64,000 bases of DNA from Chthoniobacterales bacterium (GTDB taxonomy: Bacteria; Verrucomicrobiota; Verrucomicrobiia; Chthoniobacterales; Chthoniobacteraceae): assembly GCA_038207335.1 (NCBI GenBank), contig JBBQZX010000002.1, forward strand, positions 32,001 to 96,000, read 5' to 3'. Shown piece after piece: positions 37,098 through 46,853 of this stretch. Position numbers and translations under genes: made by a program. Below the pieces are notes generated by a model. The model searched no databases and had not been told where the DNA came from. It saw nothing but the letters and a program-made list of their open reading frames with translations. How positions within the stretch are numbered: position 1 is the stretch's first letter; each line of letters begins with the position of its first letter.

Positions 37098-39344
37098 CTA
37101 CGCCATCGCGCGGGCGATGGTGCTCCACCAAGCGTCGTGGAGGGCGGCCAACGGCCAGTGGAGTTCGGTGCCCGCGATATTGATTTTCAAATCGCGTCCG
37201 CCAACCACGCCGATGCGGCTCGCGGGGACTCCGCGCCATTCGCATAGCGCGAGGACGGATGCGGCATTTGTCGGCGCGACGCTGATCACGATGCGAGACT
37301 GGCTTTCATTGAAGAGCGCGACCTCGGCGCTGACAGAAACATCGAGTGCGATATCCGCGCCAATCTGCTGCTCCCCGCCGCTGATGCAGCTCTCCGCCAG
37401 CGTCACGGCGATTCCGCCTTCGCTGCAATCGTGCGCGCTTTTCACGAGCCGCGATTTGATGAGCGAGCGCACCGCGTCTTGAACTGCGATTTCTTTCGCA
37501 AAATCCAGTCGCGGCGGCGCGCCGATTTTTTTGCCGTGAACGACTTTCAGAAAATGCGATGCGCCGAGTTCGTCGCCGGGCTCGCCGACCAAAATGATGA
37601 CGTCGCCCGCGATTTTGAAATGCGAAGTGGTGACGTGTTTTTCGTCGTCGATGAGGCCGACCATTCCGACCGTTGGCGTCGGGTCGATCGCGCCCGCGGG
37701 GCTTTGGTTGTAGAGGGAGACGTTGCCGCCGGTGACCGGCACATCGAACGCGCGGCAGCCTTCCGCAAGCCCCTCGACCGACTCGCGCAGCTGCCAGAAA
37801 TTCTCGGGATTGTACGGGTTGCCGAAGTTCAAATTGTCCGTGACTGCGAGAGGGCTCGCGCCGCTGCAAGCTAGATTCCTCGCGGCTTCCGCGATCGCGA
37901 TGCGCGCGCCCTGGCGCGGATCAGCGGCGCAATAGAGCGCGTTGCAATCTGTCGTCGCGGCCACAATTTTTCCCGCCTCGCGGATGAGGAAAACCGCGGC
38001 GTCGCTGCCGGGCAGAACCATCGTGCCGGCGCGCACCATGTGGTCGTATTGGCGATACACCCAGTTCTTCGAGGCGATGGTCGGATCGGCCAAAAGCGCG
38101 AGGAGAGAATCGACCGCGGATTGCGCGGAGGACGCGGATTTTGAACTCAAAAAATCCGCGACATCGGCGACATCCGCGGTCTTCTTTGCCTTTGCCTCGC
38201 GCTCGTAAAGCGGCGCGTCGTCGGCGAGTTTTGCGGCAGGGATTTCGGCGATGAGTGCGCCGTGGTTCAGCACGCGCATCATGCCGTCGTCCTTCACCAC
38301 GCCCACCTCTGCGTACGGCAGGTCCCACTTTTCAAAGATGTCCACGACCGTCTGCTCATGCCCTTTTTTTACGATGATGAGCATCCGCTCCTGCGACTCG
38401 CTCAGCATGATTTCATACGGCGTCATACCCGTCTCGCGCTGCGGCACTTTCGCGAGATCGATCTCGACTCCCGTGCCGCCGCGGCTCGCGGTTTCGCACG
38501 TCGAGCAGGTCAGCCCGGCGGCGCCCATGTCCTGGATTCCGGCCACGGCATCGGTCGCGAGTAATTCGAGGCACGCCTCAAGCAGCAGTTTCTCGCGGAA
38601 TGGATCGCCGACCTGCACAGCGGGGCGATCCTCCTTCGACTCCTCGGTCAGATCGCGCGACGCAAACGCCGCGCCCGCGAGCCCGTCGCGGCCCGTTTCC
38701 GCGCCGACGTAGAAGACCGGATTTCCGATGCCTCGCGCCGCGCCCCGCGCAATCTGCTCGTGCCGCAGGACGCCGAGATTCAGGACGTTAACGAGCGGGT
38801 TGCCGTTGTAACTTTCGTCGAAATAAATCTCCCCGCCGATCGTCGGGATGCCGATGCAATTCCCGTAATGCGCGATGCCGGAGACGACGCCAGCGAAGAG
38901 CCGGCGATTCGTTTTTTGCTCGGCTGAATCGCCGTGAATCGGGCCGAAGCGCAGCGAATTCATCGAGAAGACCGGGCGCGCTCCCATCGTGAAAATGTCG
39001 CGGATGATGCCGCCGACGCCAGTCGCAGCTCCCTGGAATGGCTCGACTGCGCTCGGATGGTTGTGGCTCTCCATTTTGAACGCGACCGCCCAGCCGTCGC
39101 CGATGTCGATGACCCCTGCATTTTCCTCGCCCGCTTTCACCAGCACGCGCGGGCCCGTCGTCGGGAATTTTCGCAACTCCCCTTTCGAGTTTTTGTAGCT
39201 GCAGTGCTCGCTCCACATCACGGAAAAGATGCCGAGTTCGGTGAAATTCGGATCGCGTCCGAGGATTGCCTGGATACGCGTGAATTCCTCCGGCGTGATT
39301 CCGTGCTTCGCGATGAGTGCGGGTGTGATGGGAGGCTCGATCAT
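37098..39344 (-). CDS. purL: Phosphoribosylformylglycinamidine synthase subunit PurL (small type)
   Basis: '[11 protein letters not shown]', 'ESHNHPS', '[13 protein letters not shown]', 'QDMGAAGL', 'MLSESQERM', 'NLNFGNP', 'GGNVSLYN'. ATG 39344. Confidence 0.97.
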   Translation of the reverse strand: MIEPPITPALIAKHGITPEEFTRIQAILGRDPNFTELGIFSVMWSEHCSYKNSKGELRKFPTTGPRVLVKAGEENAGVIDIGDGWAVAFKMESHNHPSAVEPFQGAATGVGGIIRDIFTMGARPVFSMNSLRFGPIHGDSAEQKTNRRLFAGVVSGIAHYGNCIGIPTIGGEIYFDESYNGNPLVNVLNLGVLRHEQIARGAARGIGNPVFYVGAETGRDGLAGAAFASRDLTEESKEDRPAVQVGDPFREKLLLEACLELLATDAVAGIQDMGAAGLTCSTCETASRGGTGVEIDLAKVPQRETGMTPYEIMLSESQERMLIIVKKGHEQTVVDIFEKWDLPYAEVGVVKDDGMMRVLNHGALIAEIPAAKLADDAPLYEREAKAKKTADVADVADFLSSKSASSAQSAVDSLLALLADPTIASKNWVYRQYDHMVRAGTMVLPGSDAAVFLIREAGKIVAATTDCNALYCAADPRQGARIAIAEAARNLACSGASPLAVTDNLNFGNPYNPENFWQLRESVEGLAEGCRAFDVPVTGGNVSLYNQSPAGAIDPTPTVGMVGLIDDEKHVTTSHFKIAGDVIILVGEPGDELGASHFLKVVHGKKIGAPPRLDFAKEIAVQDAVRSLIKSRLVKSAHDCSEGGIAVTLAESCISGGEQQIGADIALDVSVSAEVALFNESQSRIVISVAPTNAASVLALCEWRGVPASRIGVVGGRDLKINIAGTELHWPLAALHDAWWSTIARAMA
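38112..38181. repeat. 9-bp-periodic palindromic element inside purL
   Basis: cgcgga(t/g) x3 at 38115, 38124, 38133 and atc(c/g)gcg x3 at 38154, 38163, 38172; outer arms gaccgcggat/atccgcggtc. Confidence 0.8.
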
Positions 39345-39467
39345 AAAAAAGGAGCGCGGAGCGTATTCGTGCGGCGGGAGCAATTCCAAGCGGCGATCGC
39401 GCGAAATTGCGGCGAAAAACCTGGAATTTTCACGTCTCCTCAATACGCTCTGCGGCACCCAAACCAC

Positions 39468-40088
39468 ATGCCCGATCCCATCCGTCACGACGACCAAATG
39501 CTCGACCTCCCCGACGATGAATCGCTCGGCGGAGAACACCTGGATTCGCAGGTTCAAAAGGCGCAGGAGCAGCTTTTCGCGCTCAAGCGGCAGCAGGAAC
39601 AGATCGAGAAACAGAAGCGCGAACTCGAGGAACTCAGCCGCCGGCAGGATCAGCTCCAAGAGGGAAAAGCGGAAATGGTCGAGAAATTCGAGCGCGCCCT
39701 CGTTGTGCTCGAGCGCGAGACGTACGATGCGCAGAAGCGGGTCGAGCAATTGCACTCGGTGCACGATTCGTTTCACCAGCATCTCGACGTCATGGAGTCG
39801 ATCAATCCGAAGGCGTGGGAGGGCCTCGACATGGGCAAGGAACTCACACGCGCGCTCAGCGCAATCGACGACGCGCGCGCGGAATACGGTCGTTCGCTGC
39901 CGAAAATTAGCACGGCCTCCGACGGGGAATCAGACCCGGTCGCGGCGTCGGCTGGATACCAGTTGGACTACCGCGCGGAGGGCGTGAAGGACTTCAACTA
40001 CTGGCTGAAAGCGGGCTTCGCATTCACCCTGCCGCTCTTCGGCATCGGTGTCATCCTCGTCATCGTCATCATCTCCGCGCTGAAATAA
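39468..40088 (+). CDS. Hypothetical coiled-coil protein with C-terminal TM anchor
   Basis: ATG 39468; Q/E/K-rich heptads; terminal '[20 protein letters not shown]'. Confidence 0.7.
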   Translation: MPDPIRHDDQMLDLPDDESLGGEHLDSQVQKAQEQLFALKRQQEQIEKQKRELEELSRRQDQLQEGKAEMVEKFERALVVLERETYDAQKRVEQLHSVHDSFHQHLDVMESINPKAWEGLDMGKELTRALSAIDDARAEYGRSLPKISTASDGESDPVAASAGYQLDYRAEGVKDFNYWLKAGFAFTLPLFGIGVILVIVIISALK

Positions 40089-40093
40089 TTCCC

Positions 40094-40471
40094 ATGGCCA
40101 CGAAACGGAAACCCGCAGCAAAGCTCGACTCGATGTTAGACGCGAAAAAGCGCGCGCTCGCCGAGATGCAGGCGAAAAACGAGGTCGCGATCGCCAAGCG
40201 GCAGAAGCTCATCGACGACGCGCCGCGACGCGCTGAGGAGGTGGCGAAAAGGCGGCGTGAGGCGCTCATTGCTCGTCGCGTGCGGACAGAGGCGCGCTTC
40301 AATCCAGTCGTGATCCACGATCCGCGGCACACCTATACCGCCGAGCCGATGGTGCCCGCGCGCCGCTTGCGAAAGCATCGCAATCAGGGGATGTATCAGT
40401 TCTTTGCCCTCTGCCTCATCCTCGCGGCGGTCGTCTGCTGGCTCTATTTCAAATACATCCGAATCCAATGA
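40094..40471 (+). CDS. Hypothetical basic helical protein with C-terminal TM
   Basis: Starts 5 nt after the previous stop and overlaps the next start (ATGA); K/R-rich, terminal hydrophobic helix. Confidence 0.65.
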   Translation: MATKRKPAAKLDSMLDAKKRALAEMQAKNEVAIAKRQKLIDDAPRRAEEVAKRRREALIARRVRTEARFNPVVIHDPRHTYTAEPMVPARRLRKHRNQGMYQFFALCLILAAVVCWLYFKYIRIQ

Positions 40472-40896
40472 AAACGCTCGCTCTTCGCGCCGGCTCGCTT
40501 GCGGCGAAAATCACGCTTGATGATTCCGGCGCTCTCAGCGCCGTCGAATTGCCTGCGGAAATTCCCGCCGACTTCGACGCAGCGGCCCTCGCCGATTTTG
40601 CCGCGCAACTCGACGCGCTGCCGCTCGCGCCGGATCGTGGCGGGCCGTTCGTCCAAAAGGTGCGCGCCCGGATGCGACAGATTCCACGCGGTTCGGCGAT
40701 GACCTATGGCGAGCTCGCGGCAGCCGTCGGCAGCCCGCGCGCCGCGCGGGCAGTCGGCCAGGCGTGCGCGACGAACCCGCTGCTGGTCGCCGTACCATGC
40801 CACCGCGTCGTGGCGGAAAATGGGCTCGGCGGTTTCGCACTCGGGCTGGACTGGAAACGCAAATTGCTGGAACTCGAAACCGAAGCGGCGGCGTGA
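40468..40896 (+). CDS. ogt: Methylated-DNA--protein-cysteine methyltransferase
   Basis: 'IPRG...TYGELA...G.PRAARAVG.A...NP', active-site PCHRV. Confidence 0.9.
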   Translation: MKTLALRAGSLAAKITLDDSGALSAVELPAEIPADFDAAALADFAAQLDALPLAPDRGGPFVQKVRARMRQIPRGSAMTYGELAAAVGSPRAARAVGQACATNPLLVAVPCHRVVAENGLGGFALGLDWKRKLLELETEAAA

Positions 40897-40962
40897 ACTC
40901 GGGGATTTGAACTCCCCAACCGCTTTCTTGGCGTTCCGGCGTCTTGGCGGTTAGATCAAAAC

Positions 40963-41247
40963 ATGACCGCCGATTTCGACGTCCGATACACCGCGCAGCT
41001 TGCGCGGCTGAGCCTCAGCGAGGCGGAAATTGCGACTTTTCAGGCGCAGCTCTCGCAGGTGCTCGAGTTTGTGGAGAAGCTGAGCCAGGTCGATGTCAGC
41101 GGCGTCGAGCCGACGGCGCACACTAACCCGATTTTCAACGTCTTGCGCAGCGACGAGCCGCGCGACTGGTTCACCCCGGAAGTGGCTCTGGCAAATGCGC
41201 CGCGGCAGGCGAGCCAGCTTTTCATTGTGCCTAGAGTCATCGAATAG
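40963..41247 (+). CDS. gatC: Asp/Glu-tRNA amidotransferase subunit C
   Basis: 'V.Y.A.LARL', 'VD.SGVEPT', 'LR.DE', 'LANAP', 'F.VPRVIE'; directly upstream of gatA. Confidence 0.93.
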   Translation: MTADFDVRYTAQLARLSLSEAEIATFQAQLSQVLEFVEKLSQVDVSGVEPTAHTNPIFNVLRSDEPRDWFTPEVALANAPRQASQLFIVPRVIE

Positions 41248-41250
41248 CGG

Positions 41251-42696
41251 ATGGACCCAGCCACGCTTTCCGTCACCGATTTGCAGCGCGCGATGCGCGA
41301 AAAAGAGCTGTCGCCGGTCGAGGCCCTCACAGCTCTGGAAGCTCGAATTTTGAGCGTCGATTCGCAGGTTCACGGCTACCTCTCGCGCAACTTCGAAGCC
41401 GCGAAAAAGCTCGCGGAAACCGCCGACATTTCGCTCCCGCTCGGCGGCGTGCCGATCGCGATCAAGGACGTCATCAATGTCGTCGGCGAGCCATGCACGG
41501 CAGCGTCGAAAATCCTCGAAGGCTTCGTCTCGCCGTACGATGCGACGGTCATTCGCAAGCTCCGCGCGGCGGGCGCGATTCCATTTGGGCGCACGAACCT
41601 CGACGAGTTCGCGATGGGTTCCTCGACCGAAAATTCGGCTTATCAGAAGACACTGAATCCTTGGGACCCGACTCGCATTCCCGGCGGCTCCAGCGGCGGC
41701 TCGGCGGCGGTCGTCGCGGCGGATGAAGCGTTCGCCGCGCTAGGCTCGGACACGGGAGGTTCGATCCGCCAGCCCGCGGCGCTCTGCGGCTGCGTCGGAC
41801 TCAAACCGACGTATGGCCGCGTGTCGCGCTTCGGGCTCATCGCGTTCGCTTCATCGCTCGATCAAATCGGCCCGTTCACCAAAACCGTGCGCGATTCCGC
41901 GCTGCTGCTGAACGCCATTTCGGGTCGCGACCCGCAGGATTCTACAAGCCTCGACGAGCCGGTGCCGGACTATACGGCGGAACTCGGGCGCGATCTGCGC
42001 GGCGTGAAACTCGGGATGCCGCGCGAATACTTCATCGACGGAATCGACCCGCAGGTCGATGCGGCGATCCGCGCGGCAATCAAGCAATACGAAGCGCTCG
42101 GGGCCGAAATCGTGGAAGTCTCGCTGCCGCATACGGAGCACGCGGTGGGCGTTTATTACATCGTCGCGACGGCGGAGGCGTCGGCGAATCTCGCGCGCTT
42201 CGACGGCGTGCGGTACGGGCACCGCGCGGCTGCGCCGAATCTCATCGAGCAATACGGCCGCACGCGCGCGGAGGGCTTTGGACCGGAGGTGAAGCGACGC
42301 ATCATCCTCGGCACATACGTCCTCAGCAGCGGCTATTACGACGCGTATTATCTCCGCGCGCAGAAAGTGCGGACGCTCATACGGCGCGATTTCACGGAGG
42401 CATTTGAAAAGGTGGACGCGATCATTTGTCCGACCTCACCGGAGGTCGCCTTCAAGATCGGCGACCGCAGCGACGACCCGCTAAAAATGTATCTCGCGGA
42501 CATTTTCACAATCGCCGCAAATCTCGCGGGCATCTGCGGAATCAGCCTGCCATGCGGCTTCGCGAGCATTGACGGAAAGCAATTGCCGATCGGATTGCAG
42601 CTCCTAGGCAAGCCCTTCCGCGAGACGGAGCTCCTGAAAATCGCCCACGCCTACGAGCAATCGACCGACTGGCACAAGGCGCGGCCCACACTCTGA
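41251..42696 (+). CDS. gatA: Asp/Glu-tRNA amidotransferase subunit A
   Basis: Amidase signature 'PGGSSGGSAA', 'GSDTGGSIRQPA', 'NLARFDGVRYG', 'EVKRRIILGTYVLSSGYYDAYY'. Confidence 0.97.
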   Translation: MDPATLSVTDLQRAMREKELSPVEALTALEARILSVDSQVHGYLSRNFEAAKKLAETADISLPLGGVPIAIKDVINVVGEPCTAASKILEGFVSPYDATVIRKLRAAGAIPFGRTNLDEFAMGSSTENSAYQKTLNPWDPTRIPGGSSGGSAAVVAADEAFAALGSDTGGSIRQPAALCGCVGLKPTYGRVSRFGLIAFASSLDQIGPFTKTVRDSALLLNAISGRDPQDSTSLDEPVPDYTAELGRDLRGVKLGMPREYFIDGIDPQVDAAIRAAIKQYEALGAEIVEVSLPHTEHAVGVYYIVATAEASANLARFDGVRYGHRAAAPNLIEQYGRTRAEGFGPEVKRRIILGTYVLSSGYYDAYYLRAQKVRTLIRRDFTEAFEKVDAIICPTSPEVAFKIGDRSDDPLKMYLADIFTIAANLAGICGISLPCGFASIDGKQLPIGLQLLGKPFRETELLKIAHAYEQSTDWHKARPTL

Positions 42697-42704
42697 TTAC
42701 ATCC

Positions 42705-43643
42705 TCAATGGCTGCGAAGTGCGAACGACCAAGCGAGCACGAGCATGGCGGGAGCGGTGAGTGCGGCAATGGTTTGCAGGGCCGGTGAGGCGCGCTTTTT
42801 CAACTGAAAAAATCCGGCGCAGAGGCCGAGGAGGATGCCCGCGAGGAAGCCCCAGAGGTGGGCCATGAAGTCGATTTGGTCGTGCCCGTCGCCGACGCCG
42901 AGGTAGGCGAGAAATGCGAGGCCGGCACCAATGGGGAGGACGAGTTGCCACCGGGTGCGGGTGTGCGCGGAGGCGAAGCGCGCGTAGAATTCGCCGCCGA
43001 CGAGGAGGCCGAGCGCGCCGAAGACGGCGGTGGATGCGCCGATGGAGTCGTGCGTCTCGCGGGCGTAAAATGCGGCGTTCATCAGATTGCCGAGCGCACC
43101 GCTGAGAACGATCGCGAGCCAGGCGAACCCGGCGCCGAGCGGGCTCAGGAGCAGGGCGGCGAAGAGGAGACCGGTGGCCATATTCGTGACGAGGTGCGCG
43201 ATGTCGCCGTGCAGGGTGAGCGCGGTAAGGGTGCGCCACCATTCGCCGTGGCGGATGATGCGGATGCTGCTGGCCTCGCCGCGGTCGAGCCAGCCGGGCG
43301 GGAGGAGATTTTGCGTGAGCCAGAAGATGCTCATGAGCAGGCCGGCGATGTAGAGCGAGAAGGTTTCGAGCGGCGGGGCGGGCGGCTCGGCGGCGGGTGG
43401 GAGCGGTCGGTCGCGGCGCTCGGTTTCGTAGGTGGCGAGTTCGACGCGGACGGCTTCGAGTTCGGCAGCTTCGACACGGAGGATGAAGTCGTTTCCCTCG
43501 CGCTGGATCCAGTGCGGGCGTTCCATCGCGGAGACGACGAGGCCGCGTTCGCGGGCCTCGGAAAGGCGCGGATAGCGGCCGGCCTCGGCGAGAAAAAGCG
43601 CGTCGGGCGGCGGTTCGTCGTCGTCCATGCGACCGCGGCTCAC
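42705..43643 (-). CDS. Rhomboid-family intramembrane serine protease
   Basis: 'GEWWR..TALTLH.D..HL..N', catalytic 'GAST', 'AHLWG'. Confidence 0.9.
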   Translation of the reverse strand: MSRGRMDDDEPPPDALFLAEAGRYPRLSEARERGLVVSAMERPHWIQREGNDFILRVEAAELEAVRVELATYETERRDRPLPPAAEPPAPPLETFSLYIAGLLMSIFWLTQNLLPPGWLDRGEASSIRIIRHGEWWRTLTALTLHGDIAHLVTNMATGLLFAALLLSPLGAGFAWLAIVLSGALGNLMNAAFYARETHDSIGASTAVFGALGLLVGGEFYARFASAHTRTRWQLVLPIGAGLAFLAYLGVGDGHDQIDFMAHLWGFLAGILLGLCAGFFQLKKRASPALQTIAALTAPAMLVLAWSFALRSH

Positions 43644-44716
43644 ACCGCGAGCGAGAGGTGCGCGACGGCTTCGATCTCGGCGGTCTGCGGAAACATGTCG
43701 AGTGGCGTCACGGACTCGAGGCGGTAGTCTCGGGAGAGGGCGGCGAGGTCGCGCGCGAGCGTGGCGGGGTCGCAGGAGACGTAGAGGATTTCGGCAGGAT
43801 GCGCGGCGAGGATTTGCTCGATGAGCCCGGGCGCGATGCCGATCGCGGGCGGGTCGAGGATGAGGGTCGTGCGCGCGACGTCGTGCTCGGAGAAAATCGC
43901 GGTGAGATGCTCTGACACATCGCCGCAGATGTAGTGTTCATGCGGCTCGGCGGTGCACTGGGCGCTTTCGATGGCGTGCGAGTTTTCGTCGATGCCGATG
44001 ACTTTCTCGAAGAGTGGGGCGAGCTGTTTCGCGAAGAGGCCGGAGCCACAGAATGCGTCGATGAGCAGCACCTGTCCTCGGCGTACGGTACGCTCGACGA
44101 GCGCGGCCATTTCGCGGGCGACGGCTTCATTTGTCTGCTCAAAAAACGGCCCACCACCGCCAGGCGCGCGGAGCGAGTAATCGCCGTCCCGGAGCGCGGC
44201 GTGGCGCAGACGTCGCAGCGATTCATTCACCTCGGGACGCGCAATGGGACACTGCTCGATGTCGATGAGTGAGTGGGAGCCGTGCGCGTAAAATCCGGCG
44301 ACTCCGCCCTCGACGTGGACGCGGATGCGGTTGCGGTATCCGTAGCTTTTTGGCGAAGGGATGATCGGCTGCATCGGGACGTTCTCGAGCCGCCCGACGC
44401 GGCGCAAAGTCTGCGCGACTTGCGCGGCTTTGATCTCGAGCTGCCGCGCGTAGGCGATGTGCTGGTAGGCGCAGCCGCCGCATTTTCCAAAGTATGGGCA
44501 GTGCGGCTCGACGCGCGACGGCGACGCGGTTTCGAGCGAGAGGACCTGGGCTTCGGCGAACTTTTTTTTGTCGCGAGTAACGCGCGCGGTGACGACTTCG
44601 CCCGGAATGGTGAACGGCACGAAATAGACTTTGCCATCGTGCCGGGCGACGCCTTTTCCGCCGAAGGCGACATCGGAGACGATGAGGGGAACGTGTGCGC
44701 CGGGGCGTGCTTTCAT
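43640..44716 (-). CDS. TRAM-domain RNA (uracil-5)-methyltransferase, RlmD/RumA-like (compact)
   Basis: TRAM domain; 'CPYFGKCGGC' Fe-S motif; 'FFEQTN', 'DAFCGSG', 'LDPP', 'YVSCDPATLARD', 'DMFPQT'. Confidence 0.88.
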   Translation of the reverse strand: MKARPGAHVPLIVSDVAFGGKGVARHDGKVYFVPFTIPGEVVTARVTRDKKKFAEAQVLSLETASPSRVEPHCPYFGKCGGCAYQHIAYARQLEIKAAQVAQTLRRVGRLENVPMQPIIPSPKSYGYRNRIRVHVEGGVAGFYAHGSHSLIDIEQCPIARPEVNESLRRLRHAALRDGDYSLRAPGGGGPFFEQTNEAVAREMAALVERTVRRGQVLLIDAFCGSGLFAKQLAPLFEKVIGIDENSHAIESAQCTAEPHEHYICGDVSEHLTAIFSEHDVARTTLILDPPAIGIAPGLIEQILAAHPAEILYVSCDPATLARDLAALSRDYRLESVTPLDMFPQTAEIEAVAHLSLAV

Positions 44717-44720
44717 GGTG

Positions 44721-44755
44721 AAAAAAAGAGGCTTCCGTCGCGAAACGGAAGCCTC
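44721..44755 (-). terminator. Rho-independent terminator after the TIGR04073-like gene
   Basis: Stem gaggcttccgt (44728-44738) / acggaagcctc (44745-44755), followed by T7 on the minus strand. Confidence 0.85.
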
Positions 44756-44779
44756 GGAGAGGGGCGCAAAAAGCGGGGG

Positions 44780-45199
44780 CTAGTGCGTGTAGGTGTAGTA
44801 GGTGCGGACGTAGCGGTATTTGGTGTCGAAGCCGAGTTCCGGCGGGAACTCCTCGTAGCCGCCATGGATCCACGGGATATTGCTGCGATACGGCGGGCGG
44901 TAGGAGCTGCGGTAGCTCGGGAATGGGAAGGTGGCGATCTCGTAGGTGCCGAAGCCGATGCGGGCGAAGAAGCGGCCGACGCCTTTGACCACGCCGTAGC
45001 TGAAGCCCGCGGCATTGCCTTCGCGCTCGTTGATCTCGCACGCGGCATCGGTGATTTCGGTGGCGGCAAATGCGACGTTCGCGATGCCGCGCCCAAGCTT
45101 GCGCGTGGGGCCGTAGTCATTGGCCGGCGGATCCTGGATGTCGGCGACGGCGGAGACGGAAAGTGCGGAAAAAATGGCGAGGCAGAGGGGAATTTTCAT
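44780..45199 (-). CDS. Exosortase system-associated protein, TIGR04073-like
   Basis: ATG 45199; signal peptide; 'DIQDPP....PTRKLGRG..N', 'G.YEI.TFPFP'. Confidence 0.7.
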   Translation of the reverse strand: MKIPLCLAIFSALSVSAVADIQDPPANDYGPTRKLGRGIANVAFAATEITDAACEINEREGNAAGFSYGVVKGVGRFFARIGFGTYEIATFPFPSYRSSYRPPYRSNIPWIHGGYEEFPPELGFDTKYRYVRTYYTYTH

Positions 45200-45279
45200 G
45201 CGTTTTGAGGACGCTACACCGAATTTTTCACCGATGGCAAACTGCAATTTTCGAGAGGCGCGCACTTTTTCCCAAAAAC

Positions 45280-45942
45280 TTAGAAACCCAGCAAGTTCCA
45301 GAGGTGCAGAGCGCTGCGGTGGATGACGGCGGCCATGCAGGCGACATAAATCCAGCCAGCCAAATTTGCGAGATGGCCGATGAGGACGAGAAGGCCGTCG
45401 CGCTCGATCATGCCGGCAGCGAGGAAGACGACGGCGATGGCAGGGACGCCGTTTGAAAATGGGATCGGGAGCGGGAGACACATGAGGAATCCGGCGGTGG
45501 CGATGCCGAGGCCGATGAGATTGATCATGCCAGGCCAGCGCTGGAGAAAGTGCATCCGCGGCTTGATGACTTTCTCCAGTTTAACCGACAGCCGCAGCCC
45601 GATGGTGAGCGTTTTTTCAAGGGCTTCTGCGCCCACGATTCTCTTCGTGATGAATGCGGGCAGCGACGGCTTTCGACCCCACGCGATGCGGATGCCCATG
45701 AGCATGATGACGATCCCAAACGGCACCGAGAGCCCCGGCAGCGGGATGGGAAATGTGAACGGCAGCGCAAGCAGGATGAGGAATATCGCGACGCCGCGAC
45801 CCTCCAAGATCGCCTCCAGTTCGCCTAGCGTAAGGGAGCGTCCGCCGGCGATTTCGAGGAGATTTCGAAGGTCAGCGGAGAGCCGTCGCGGAGGCGGCGC
45901 GGGCTCGACTTTGAGCAGGCGTCCGCCCGGCTCGACGCTCAT
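45280..45942 (-). CDS. Exopolysaccharide biosynthesis protein, ExoD family
   Basis: 'TLGEL...L.GRG', 'LALP...PIP.PG.S..FG', 'LPLPIPFSN..PA', 'ERDG'. Confidence 0.88.
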   Translation of the reverse strand: MSVEPGGRLLKVEPAPPPRRLSADLRNLLEIAGGRSLTLGELEAILEGRGVAIFLILLALPFTFPIPLPGLSVPFGIVIMLMGIRIAWGRKPSLPAFITKRIVGAEALEKTLTIGLRLSVKLEKVIKPRMHFLQRWPGMINLIGLGIATAGFLMCLPLPIPFSNGVPAIAVVFLAAGMIERDGLLVLIGHLANLAGWIYVACMAAVIHRSALHLWNLLGF

Positions 45943-46637
45943 GCGGCCGGAGGTATGCGCTTTTCAATCGCGCCACGCGAGAGCCACCAGCCGAGCACGG
46001 TGATGAGCAACCCGAGCACGATCGCCACCGGCCGCGCCCACGCGTGCGCGCCGTCCCCGAGCCCGCGCTCGACCATGTGGTCCTTGAAGATCATCTCGCC
46101 CGCAACGTATCCAAGCACACCGCCGCCGAGCCAGACGATCCAGCGGAAGCGCTCCATGAGCTTCGCGAGCACGCCGCTGCCCCAGACCACGAGCGGGATC
46201 GAGAGCGCGAGGCCAAAGATGACAAGCTTCAGGTCACCGCCGGATGCCGCGGATATCGCGATCACATTGTCCAGGCTCATCACGACATCCGCGACGATGA
46301 TGACTCCGATCGCCTCGCGTAGGGACGCGCCGGCTTTTACCTTTTCGCCGTGATCGGCCTCGGGGCGCACGAGCCGGATCGCGATCCAGATGAGGGCGAG
46401 TCCGCCAACGAGTTGGAGGAACGGGATGCGCAGCAGATGCGAGACGATGGCGATGAATGCGACGCGCAAAATGACCGCCCCGAGCGTCCCCCAGATGCGT
46501 CCCCAGAATTGCTGCTGCGGCGGCAGTCTGCGGACGGCGAGGGCGATGACGAGGGCGTTGTCGCCGGCGAGGGTGAGATCGATGAGGACGATGCCGAGGC
46601 AGCGCGCCCAGAATTCGGGATGGGTGAGAAAGTCCAT
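45939..46637 (-). CDS. TerC-family membrane protein (YjbE-like)
   Basis: 'IDL.LAGDNALVIALA.R.LP', 'ADVVMSLDNVIAI', 'GL.LSIP'. ATG 46637. Confidence 0.92.
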   Translation of the reverse strand: MDFLTHPEFWARCLGIVLIDLTLAGDNALVIALAVRRLPPQQQFWGRIWGTLGAVILRVAFIAIVSHLLRIPFLQLVGGLALIWIAIRLVRPEADHGEKVKAGASLREAIGVIIVADVVMSLDNVIAISAASGGDLKLVIFGLALSIPLVVWGSGVLAKLMERFRWIVWLGGGVLGYVAGEMIFKDHMVERGLGDGAHAWARPVAIVLGLLITVLGWWLSRGAIEKRIPPAA

Positions 46638-46853
46638 GAGTTGTGGCGAAACGAGGCCGGGGGTGAACGGACACCCTCGCGTCTCTCGCGTTGAATGCGC
46701 GAGTGAATCTTCGCCCGTGCATTTCAGGAGGGGGCTATAACCCAAACGGGTTACTGCCGCCGCGTGGAAATCTGCGCTTTCGACGCTACGCTGTGGATGC
46801 CGTGAACGGTGCGCGCCTCCCGCTGCGCCGAGAAACGGCTCACATTTCTCCCC

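Noticed and set aside
39345..39782. N-terminal extension of PurL in the ORF track (894 aa)
   Set aside because: PurL similarity begins at MIEPP (39344); the extension is antisense to the coiled-coil gene.
46638..46853. Possible yybP-ykoY (Mn) riboswitch upstream of the TerC gene
   Set aside because: Expected from context, but I could not find the conserved GGGGAGUA-type motif on the minus strand; an Infernal/Rfam search is needed.
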